A stretch of 64,000 nt of DNA, from contig JANHCV010000007.1 in NCBI GenBank assembly GCA_025594325.1, positions 558,001 to 622,000 on the forward strand, given 5' to 3'. Of this stretch, positions 22,105-32,045 are shown one piece after another. Under the pieces are notes generated by a model. That model did not search any database. It saw only the letters and a program-made list of their open reading frames with translations, and was not told the origin of the DNA. The translations under genes were made by a program, and so were the position numbers. Position 1 is the first letter of the stretch. Every line of letters begins with the position of its first letter. The DNA comes from Blastocladiella emersonii ATCC 22665 (Eukaryota; Fungi; Blastocladiomycota).

Positions 22105-24221
22105 GGGATCACGGGACGCAAAAAAAAAGCGGGTACTGCGACGACCGCCGCCGCCACGACCACGACCACGGTCCGCCCGCACCGCACCCGCGCCGCGCCC
22201 GCGTTGAGCCCATGCACGCGCGCGCGCCGCTGCCGCGGTCCTCGCGCCGCCGCCGTCACTCGCGGGCGTGGTCATCTTGAAGCACTTGACGCGCTCGGTC
22301 GAGGCTACAGCGGGGCGAGCGCGGGAGACCGAGGTGAGGAGCGGGATCGAGGGAGCTGTCGTGCAAGCAGAGCGAGAACGTACCCGTGTCGCGCCCGCCT
22401 TGGCCGCCGCGGCACCTGAGCGCTCGAATAGAAGGAACGGATCGCGGCAGGCGCCGAGTTAGTCATCGCCGCGCTGGTGGAGGCGAGAAGCGCGATCGTA
22501 CCGAGACCGCACGCGACTTCGTCAAGCTTGAGCGCTGAGTTGGCACCGTCTCCGCGCGTCTAGACGGGCAGCGAGCGCGAGCGATCGGACGTGAGACACT
22601 GAGCTGCGACCCAGCGCGCTTGCAGGAGACGTACCCGCTCGCCGTGATCGTGTCGGCAACCGACGCGGCTGCGCTACGCGGGCCACTCAGCGCGGGTGCG
22701 GGGCGCGCGAGCTACGGGATCGTGACGAGAGCGAGTGAGACACACTGCGCGGGCGCGGATGTGCGAGAGACGGCGAGCAGGGCGGCGGCGGAGCGGCATC
22801 CACGTCAGTCTCGCGCCCATCACCACGAGAGGTGGGCGGGCGGGCGACCGACGTCGCCGTCGCGCGCGTGCGCCGTGACGAGCGAGTCGCGGGGACGCGC
22901 ACCGTGACGTGGAGCCAAGCGTGCGAGGGCGGGTGCGCGTCGTCGTGTAGCGTCGATCGGTCGGGCGGCAAGCTCCACTTGGTCGGCGGGCGCGGGTCGA
23001 GTGTGCAGCGACGGCGGCGTGGAGCGGCGGATGGGATGGCGGCGGCGGCGAGCGTGTGCGGGAGCGTCAGTCGGTGCAAGGGGACCCGCCCGCTTATGTA
23101 GGGGCCGGGCGGGAGCGAGCGAGCAGGGGGCGGGGGCGGGTGGCTGCGGAAGCGCAAGAGTCCCTCGCCGAAGCGCCGAAGCGGCCAACGCGCAGCGCGC
23201 CGATCAAAAAACGCGCATCACGTGTTTTTGCGACGCGTCTCGCACTGTCTCGCGCGTCCGGCCCGAGCCGCACCCGACGCGTCCGCGCCACCACGGACCA
23301 CCATAAGCGATGCAGAAAAGCAATCGTAGATACTCAAACGTTGGCCCTCGTGCCCGTAAGGAAACAGAACGCTCTGCCTCGCAGACTCGTCACTCACCAC
23401 GACTCGCGAGACGTCTTGGTGCTCGCGCGCAACCTACTATCCACCCTCAAAAACGCACCACCTGGAACTCCCTCATCACCCGCACCAACGGTACTGCTGG
23501 CTGGGGCTGCGGGAGCGCGTCGAAGCGCTCGTGAATCGGATCGCCCCAGTTGACCCCAGCGAGCTTGCGAATCCACTCCTAAGCGATGTCTAACGGACGC
23601 ACCTAGTCAGGCATCGCAGCGTCGGTCACCCAAGGAACGAGTGTTGTGGATGGAAGGCGACGAAGCGTCAGAAAAACGACGGGTGGCGGACGAGCGCGGC
23701 CGAGCGCGGCGAAGTCCAGAAATGGAGTCCGCGACGGGGCTGGCTGCAGGTTGGCTGCCACCGGGCCGGCCGCCGCACGCCTTCTCTCCCAAACCCCGAC
23801 ACACCAGCGACGCGGGACCTTTGTCACTTACTGCAGATGCATCAGCAACATTAAAGCCTTCTCTAGACCGCGCCATTTGGGTGAACCTGTACCTCTTGTC
23901 AGATCGACCAGGCCGCCACACAGCGCCACCCTTACGCTGCTTCAGGCGATTTCTGACCGGCTACTACCTGGAAAGCAAGGATCTTATGTCAGACAAGTTC
24001 TAAGCTATTTATAAGGCCTTCGAGTGCACCACGAGGCGCCCCCAGTGTACCCTTCCTTGTTCCGCATTGTCAGCGATCTATGGGGAGCGGGTGATGCTCG
24101 TTCGCTAGTATCGTTTTCCTAATCACCCAATTGTAACGGTCGCCGTGGTGGAGCGCGCGGTTGACGAATTTCACGACCTTACGACCGCCATCAGAGGCTC
24201 GACCAGACGATCCGCGCCGCC

Positions 24222-25064
24222 GTGGCCGCCGTGCCGCGCATCGCCACGCTGCTGCCCGGCCGACGGGGGTCCAACTCGGGCGAGGCCCACGTCGAGCACC
24301 GGACCACGACCGCGCACCCACTCTCCACCGACCTCGCCGCAGCGTTCACGTCCTTTTCGCATGCGGTGCTTCTCGAGCCCAACGGATCGGCGGCTACGGA
24401 GGATTTGATCGGGTACTCGTGGTTCCGCCGCAAGCTGCGGCTCGACGGCGAGGTGCTCTCGCGCAACGCTTACCATGCGTCCGTGTCCGTGTTCCACTCG
24501 GCGACGCTGTCGAGCGTGCCGCTCCAGTGTCGCGAGGACGCTGTCGTCCGCGTCGTGATCCCCACGACAGTGGCGGATCGCATGTTCTTGGTCGCCGGCG
24601 CGTTCCCCGCGCTGGACCGCTACACGCGGTTCGTGATGCCGGAACCGGACCCGGCCATGTCGTCCATCTACGGCCAAATCACCGACTTTTTCAAGCTCGA
24701 CGGCGTCGCGTTTGCCGCGCTGAACCCGCTCGCCATGTACCCGCTGCGCCACCACGACCTCAATCCGGCGGCCGCGACGCGGGCGGTGGTGACGGGTATT
24801 GGCCGCGTGCGCTACGTTAACATCACGCGGCCCATTGTCGTGCCGATCCGCACTATTCGCGACCGCGCGTGCGTGTGCCCTGACGAGCGGCGGCCACCGC
24901 TGGCGGCTCGCAACGCGCCCGCCGACAACGAGTTTGTGTGGACCATCTCGCGCATCCCGATCCCGCGGCACAGCGAGCTTGACACGGCCGGCGCGGGCGA
25001 TCCGGCCATGGAACCGCATGGCGGGACAGGGGCGGGGGCCAACGGTGGCAACGACTTTAACTGA
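24222..25064 (+). pseudogene. Probable C-terminal fragment of a CACTA/EnSpm-type transposase
   Basis: 280-codon ORF inside the element with no ATG start. The motifs RKLRLDGEV, RED, and YGQITDFF resemble the C-terminal region of fungal EnSpm-type transposases as I recall it. No catalytic DDE region is visible. Confidence 0.45.
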
Positions 25065-25182
25065 AGCGATAAATAATTATGTCTGCTGCTACGTCAATGC
25101 AGTGCCGACCCATCAGCGAGCGGATCAGGTGGCGAATCTGCTGCTCGCCGCCGCGACCAGCTATCCGAACCACTACGTGCAG

Positions 25183-25371
25183 CAAAGTAACTTTGCGCTC
25201 CGGGTCCCATGGCACTTTGCGCGCGGGTTCAAAGTAAACGTTTCCAAAGTAATCTTGTTCAAGGCCGCAAAGTAATCCCTTGCGCAAAGTAACTTTGCAT
25301 TACTTTGTTGGCCCAAAGTTACTTTGCAATCCTTTGCGGGTTTACTTTGTCGCCGCTACAAAGGAACTTTG
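25183..25371. repeat. Right subterminal CAAAG/CTTTG repeat array
   Basis: Dyads CAAAG-N3-CTTTG at 25183-25195, 25285-25297, 25314-25326 and 25359-25371, plus single pentamers. Confidence 0.85.
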
Positions 25372-25840
25372 CCCCGCCTGTTCACTGTGTCGGGACATCT
25401 TGATCTTCGAAAGGCAGCCCCGACCGACGCCACCAGGCAAAGATTTCGAAACGATCGTTGCTGATTGCGCTCACAAGCACTTTGCTGTTAACGCTGAGCG
25501 GGCGTCCAAGGGCTCTCCACAGCGCAAGTGCGAAGACAGGGCCGCGTTTCACCAAATCGGATAAGGTGCGTTTACCGATAGCATGTTCGACGATGGCGCT
25601 GAAGACGCGCGGCGCCTGGCTTTGTGGGAGGACGCGAGCGTAGTGCGCCATGGCATCGCCGTCGCCCGGGTCGTGAAGGCGCACGGCGCGGGCCAAGATC
25701 TCCTCAAGCAAGTCATTTACAGCTAGTTTCATGGTGTTCAGCTACACTGTCGGTTGCGCTGGCCTGGGTGCAGGGTGCGGAGGTGAAGGAGGGCGGCGAC
25801 GTTGCGAGCCACCAGCCGCACCGCGGAGAAGCGAAACTAG

Positions 25841-25875
25841 CATCGCGTGATCCAGACGTGATTTCCAGACGCGTC
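25841..25875 (-). promoter_or_regulatory. Conserved upstream motif of LRR copy 5
   Basis: + strand CGCGTGATCCAGACGTGATTTCCAGACGCGTC. Confidence 0.6.
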
Positions 25876-26154
25876 ATCAGCTTTTCAACTCCCTCGAGCA
25901 AGTTTCAGTAACTTTGTGGATGTGCCCGGCTCCGGAGAACGAACACAGCACCGGACCGCTGGTGGAGTGCGCGTCGTCGTTCCGCTTCAACGCGCGAGAC
26001 GCGCTTGTCTCGCAGGTCAAGCCACTTGTTGCACGCGATGCGACGCGTTCGCCGAGCGTGAGAGCGACCACTGATGACTCCACTTGGCGCACTACAAGAA
26101 GGCTGACCGGTTCTCTCGGCAGCCCCCTCTCTCCACGACACCGCCTTGCCAACC

Positions 26155-27816
26155 ATGTTAGCTACCACGCCCGAACGCATCACCACAACCCGGCGCAAGG
26201 CGCTGCTGTTCCTGATCGACGGCATCGGCGACGTCGCGGTCCCCTCGCTCGGCCACCTGACCCCGCTGCAGGCCGCGTCGGTGCCGCACCTCGACGCCCT
26301 CGCTGCGCGCGGCGTGACGGGGCTCATGGACCCGGTCGAGCCCGGGCTCGCGTGCGGGTCCGACACGGCGCACCTGAGCCTGCTCGGGTACCCGCCGCGC
26401 GAGCACTACCGCGGCCGCGGCGCCTTCGAGTGCATGGGCGCCGGGCTCGACATGCGCCCGGGCGACGTCGCGTTCAAGAGCAACTTTGCGGTGCTGGATA
26501 CCGCGACGGGCGTGGTCGTGAGTCGGCGCGCGGATCGGCATTTCGAGGGGGTCGGGCCGGATCTGTGTGCTGCGCTCGACGGATTGTCCGTTCTCTTGGC
26601 TGGACCTGTGCGCCGCATGAGCTAACCCGCGAGTCACGCTAGGAAACTGCCCAACTTCCCCGAGATCGAGGTCGCCGTCAAGTACGCGACCGAGCACCGG
26701 TGCGGCGTGCGGCTGCGCGGGCCCGGCCTGTCGGACGAGATTCTCGGCACCGACCCACTCAAGGACAAGTGCGCCTTCTCCCCTCGCTCATCACCCTCTC
26801 GGCCACTCACACCTGCACCCCGTAGCCTCCCGCTCATCACTTCGATCCCCCTCACCGCGACCCCCGCCTCCGCGCGCACCGCGCTCCTCCTCAACGAGCT
26901 CACGGCGGCCATGACCGCGATCCTATTGGCGCACCCGATCAACGCGGCGCGCGTGCGCGACGGCAAGCCGCCGGCCAACTGCGTGCTGCTGCGCGGCGGC
27001 GGGATGCGGATCCGCGTCACGCCGTTCGCCGAGCGGCACGGGTTTGCGCGGGGAGCGTTCATGGTCGCGCCCACGTGTATCATTGCGGGGCTCGGGATGA
27101 CGGTTGGCATGGGTACGCGTGGGTGAGGGATGGGTGGGGGAGGGGAGTGGCTGGCTGACGGGGCGAGTGGGTGAGGTAGACGTGATCCCGGTCAAGGGCG
27201 CGACGGGCGATTACCGGTCCGACTTTATGGCCAAGGTCAACCGCGCCGTTGAGCTGATTCAGTCAGGCGGTGCGCAACGTGTCGCTTCCTCACTCGACGG
27301 ACTTGGATAGTCGATTCTCGCGTGCGCGTAGACTACGACTTTGGGTTCGTGCACTTCAAGGCCGTCGATGACGCTGGCCACGACCGCGACGTGGAGAAGA
27401 AGGTACGGCGACCACGGCCATCGCCCCATAGTGTCCATCGCTCACTGCCGCGACGCGTAACAGGTCCATTTCCTACAGCTCATCGACTCGGCCATCGGCC
27501 ACGCTGTCAAGGCGCTCGATGCGGACGCGACGACGCGGGTACGCTTTCCCACCCTCATCGCAACCCGCGGTCGCTCACACTTGATGTCCCGTAGTACACG
27601 GTGATCGTGACAGGCGACCACTCGACACCGGTGCTGTACGGCGACCACTCGCACGAGCCGGTCCCTGTCGTGCTCGCCAACCTCGGCCGGCGCCGCGAGA
27701 CCGCGGCCGTGGACGTCGTGACGCAGTTCGACGAGATGGCCGTCTCGCGCGGGTGTCTCGGGCGGTTCCCGGGCAGCGAGCTGATGCCGACGCTCAAGGC
27801 GGTCATGGAGATGTGA
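26155..27816 (+). CDS. Cofactor-independent phosphoglycerate mutase, ApgM/archaeal-type (multi-exon)
   Basis: Motifs FLIDGIGD, ACGSDTAHLSLLGY, YRGRGAFE, GDVAFKSNF, KYATEHRC, HFKAVDDAGHD and VTGDHSTP are alkaline-phosphatase-superfamily metal ligands. Several canonical introns. Confidence 0.9.
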
Positions 27817-27862
27817 GATGAGCGGGTGGTTCACGAATTTTGTATCTATACATCCACGTCTA

Positions 27863-29964
27863 CTAATGAATCCCCGCCCCCGACATGGGCAAGTCCGCGT
27901 GCGGGTCGAGCGGCGTCGTCGTAAACCAGGCGCTGAGAAAGTCCTCGTCGACGGCAGGCGGGGCAGGCGCGACGCTGTTGACCCACGCGAGCGTGCGCCG
28001 CTGGTCGTCGGTCCCGCCGCGCTTCTCGACCTGGAACTCGGCCATCCCGCGCGGCGTCGTCTTGAACTTGTTCTCCTCCCCCACCGCGCGCTCAAACGCC
28101 GCGCGTTTCGCCGCGTCGCTAAACTGCACGACCACCTCCCACACCCTTGCGAGCGTCGCGTGCGCCGACGCCGCCGCGCACAGCGTGTGGAACAGGTTCC
28201 CCTCGTGGTCGGGGTTCTTGGCGAGCGAGGCCTCGGGCGTCGCGTACCGGACGTGCGCGACGACGAACGCGGCGTTGTCGCAGAACGCAGCCGTGTGGAT
28301 CGCGCGCCGCGGGATCACGCGGCCGCGGTTGGTGCGGTCCGGGCGGTCCTGCAGGGTGAGCGGGTGGAAGATGGTGGCGGGCCACCAGTCGGGGTGCGGG
28401 TTGGGTTGAGGCGGGAGGAGGCCGGGCGCGGTGCCGGTGCGCAGCGCGGTGAAGACGGCGTCGACTCGCGGCTCGTCGCGGACGTGCTGGGCGAGGTGGT
28501 GGAGCAGGTACGGGAACTTGACGCCGTTTGCGGCAGCGGACCACACGGCTACGCAAACGAGGCGGGTGAGTGAGCGGGGAATCCCAGGCAGCTGGCCGAC
28601 GTGAGAGAGCGGAATGTACCAGGATCAGTCCAGTTCCCGCGGCGCAGGAGCAGCACGAGGACACGCGCGACGTCGTCGGGCCGCCACTCGGACTCGTCCT
28701 CGTCCGCGAAATGGCGGTCGATGAGGAGTGCGTAGGCCTGGGTGAGTCCGAACGGCGAAAAGTGGACGTCGGGCGCCGCGAGCGCGGCAAGGAGGTCGGC
28801 GGGCAGCGGGTCGCGGCTGGCCTGCATGGCGGCGAGGAGGCGCGATTCGGGCGTCATGGAGAGCGGCATGGCGGCGGGTTCGGGCGACGGAGTAGTGGTG
28901 GTGGTGGAGGGGAGCGAGGACGAGGAGTGATCGTTGGGCTGATCGGGCTGGTCATCGTCGGCGCGCTGGCGCTTGGGGCCCTTGCGGTCCTTATGCGACA
29001 TGATGCGCAGGCGGAAGGGACCTAGACACGGCAAGTGCGGGGAAAGTGGCGCGTTGTGGTCAGCGCGTGTCTTCTGTCCAGCCCCGGATTCGCGCGAGTC
29101 CATGGCGTGTCCAGGCGGCGGGCGGACCGAACCGCACCCTCTGAACTCGGAGACGGCGCGGAACGTACTGTTACCGTCGACGAGCACGACCTCGGACCCC
29201 GCCAAAGCAGACACGCCACCGCCGGGCTGCGCCGTCGAGGGCGTGATGGTAAGGACGCAGTCAAACACCTCCGAGTCGGCCATCTCGCCGCCGAACGTCC
29301 ATCGGTCCTGGACGCGGATATCGCCCTCGTACATGCCCGTGGCGGCGTTGAGCGTGAGCTCGAGCTCGCCCTCGACGGGTGCGGGCGGGTCGAGTTTCTG
29401 CGACGCCGAGGTGCGAGCGAGCGACGCGGACCACTCGACACGCAGCTTCGCGGGCGCGTTGAGCGGCGGCGCGGTGGCGGTGAACGGGAAGTGGATGATC
29501 TCAGCGCGCTTGATCCGCTTGAGGTTGCGGCGGCCCGAGTCCTTGAGCTTGGTCGAGACGAGGCGCGCGCCGAGGACGGTCTGGCCCGACTCGGACTCGA
29601 CCCACGAGTAGACGGAGTCGTTGGCGACGCACGCGGTCGGGTCCGTGATGCGCGGCAGGAGTCGGTGCACGATGGGCTCGGGGACCGGGAAGGCGGCGGC
29701 GGTGATGGCCATGAAGGTGAGCGGGTCCATTTGCGGTTGAGGGTTGCTACCGCCGGGGAAACGGTGAGTCTGGCTGGTCTAAGCTGCTCGGAGACAAGCG
29801 GGCAACGCGTACGCTGGCGCAAACGGACTGGCTGCATACGGCAAGCTGGTCGCGGGCCACTGCGGCGGACCCGCGGCAGCGCCCGGATTGGCGGGATCGG
29901 CGGGCGGCGAGAAGGGCAGCCCACTGCCGAACGGGTACCCAGTCCAATCGGTGTTCGGGTTCAT
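27863..29964 (-). CDS. Multi-exon hypothetical protein (Pro-rich N-terminus, beta-rich middle domain, basic KDRKGPKRQR segment)
   Basis: ORFs 29779-29964, 28549-29730 and 27863-28546 join in frame through GTACGC..TAG and GTACAT..TAG introns. Strong G/C at third codon positions. Confidence 0.65.
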
Positions 29965-30496
29965 AGCGGCAGCAGAGGCGTGGCGATCAGGGAGGTGGCG
30001 CGGCGAGAGCTCCAGCAGTTCTCACGCTCACGGCTCAAGCAAGACATGACCGGCGCGAGGCGACGGGGCGAAGCTCGGGCGGGCGACGACGGTCACGCCG
30101 GCGTGTCCAGGTCGTGCTCAGGTCCGTTTAACCGTCCGCCCGCCGGTGGCGCAGCGCGGTGGCGTGGTTGCGGTGGCGGCGCCGAGGCCGAGCGGACAGT
30201 TGGGCTCTTCATGGGATGCATGGACAGCGGCGTTGCAACGAGAAGGGTTCACGGTGACGGATGGACAGATTGTGGACAGGTGAAGAGGGAGGAGGAGCAG
30301 AGAGGCGAGGCGGAGACACGCGCGCGAGACGCGGAAAATCGCGGCCCCCGCACGTGACGAGCGTGGCTTTGCGCCCGGGCCGAAACGCGAGCGGCTCCGA
30401 CGCGACATCGAAAAGTTGCTCATGCGAACACTGCGAGGAGGCGCGCTCTCTCTCTCTCTCTCTCCCCGTTCTTGCAACTCGCTCAAACGTATTCTC

Positions 30497-31747
30497 ATGA
30501 CCACCGCCCCGCTTCTTGCAATGGACGCCCTGCCCGCGCCGCCGCCGCACGCCGCCGTGCGCCTGATCCTGTGCCGCCACGGAGGTCCGCCTCTGCGCTC
30601 GCCCGGCCATCGCAGCAGCGACAGCGGACTGAACGCCTCGCCGTCGCCGCGTAGAGACGGCGCTCAACGCCGACCACATCCTCCAGGGCAGCGGCGTCAA
30701 CCCGCCGCTCAACGACCGCGGCCGCGCCCAGGCCCGCCTGCTCGGCGCTCGTCTTGCGAAGGAGCGGATTGACTGGATCGTGAGCAGCGAGCTGCTGGTA
30801 CCCCCGATCTGCGCTCTCGTCGATCTTGCGACGTTTGCTCATCGTCGTGATCTCTAGCGCGCGCGCCAGACCGCCGACGAGGTCGCCGCGCACCACCCGA
30901 CGGTCCCGCGCGACGTACACTCCTCCATCGGCTGCGGTGCCGTCGACGACTGCTGACACGCTCCTCCCTAGGTCTTTGCCGACCTCGCCGAGATCTCGTG
31001 GGGCGTCCTCGAGGGCACCAAGTCGCCCGACATTGCCAAGCTGCACACTGCCTGGGACCAGGGCGACTTTGACTGTACGCTTCTCCCACCGCTCGCGCTC
31101 TCACCCGCACTGACCCGCCCGTCACAGACTCGGCCGAGCGCGGCGAGTCGCCCAAGCAGGTAAGCCAGCGCGCGGGCGCGCAGCTGTTCGCGCTCATCGA
31201 CGAGGCGCGCCGTCGCCCGCGCGCTGCCTCTGGCCCCTACACCATCGCGATCGTGATCCACGGCCGCCTGCTGCGCATCCTGCTCGCCACGCTGCTGCAC
31301 CGCTCGCTCTTCTGCATGCCGGCCTTCTCGCACACCAACTGCAACATCAACGTGCTCGACTTCGTGACCCCGCCCTCGCCCATCACCGACCTGCCGCTCC
31401 TGCGCACGCTGCCGCCCGCCGACCTCGCGGCCTTTGCCGAGACGCATTTCGCGCAGCAGGCCGGCCACCCGACGTCGCCGCCGCCGCACGTCCGCCTCGA
31501 CGCGGCGCCCGCCATGGTGAACCTGACCCACGCGCACGTCTGGGGCGGGAAGCCGGGCGACGGGATTCTCGCGGTACCGTGGACGCGCGCGGATATCGGC
31601 AAGTGGACGACGATCGAGGACGTGGCCAAGAGTCTCGAGTGCGACGAGGTTGTCACGGATGTCGGCGCTGATGGGTTCTGGCTTGTTGGGACGCTGATCA
31701 GCGAGACGGGGCATCTCGTCGAGGCGGACGCGGATCCTACGGATTAG
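30497..31747 (+). CDS. Histidine phosphatase / phosphoglycerate-mutase-family protein (multi-exon)
   Basis: Motifs RLILCRHG, PLNDRGRAQA, IVSSEL, RARQTA, EISWG, GES and IHG are present across the exons. Confidence 0.85.
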
Positions 31748-31996
31748 ATGTATCTGTATCTGTTGTGGCGGGGCGGGCTGAATAGGATACCAACTTTGGC
31801 GCACTGTTATGTGTGGCTGGGTTGCATCTAGGGGCAGTGTACGGGAACGGCGCGTGAGCGCGTCGTTCATTGGCCGCCGTCTCGACGCGTCCTTCGCCTC
31901 AATCTCAAGACGCGCTCAAACGAGGACCAACAAGTGGCGGTATGACACAAAACTATATCTTATCCTACTTTTCTCTCCGCTCCCTACTCTCTCGAC

Positions 31997-32009
31997 TCAA
32001 TACCCGCCG

Positions 32010-32045
<36 letters not shown>

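Larger units (their letters stand above)
21836..25389. mobile_element. Non-autonomous CACTA/CMC-like DNA transposon, 3554 bp
   Basis: Termini are CACAGTGAAAAGG / CCTGTTCACTGTG (12 of 13 inverted match). A 3-bp TSD TCG lies at 21833-21835 and 25390-25392. There are dense subterminal CAAAG/CTTTG repeats. In-silico removal restores the host reading frame. Confidence 0.85.
20472..25732 (-). pseudogene. ANK-like/LRR family copy 5, split by a transposon and carrying a +1 frameshift
   Basis: Exon 1 is 25732-25390 plus 21832-21753. This gives 423 nt after removing the element and one TSD, and reads ...FEDQDVPSCSTEALRIFLD... in frame. Intron 21752-21688. Exon 2 spans 1216 nt (1215+1), with an extra base at 20876-20878. 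Confidence 0.85.

Noticed and set aside
21836-25389. Transib/RAG-like element or true RSS pair
   Set aside because: The TSD is 3 bp, not 5 bp. There is no nonamer at 12 or 23 bp spacing, and the subterminal repeat arrays fit CACTA/CMC better.
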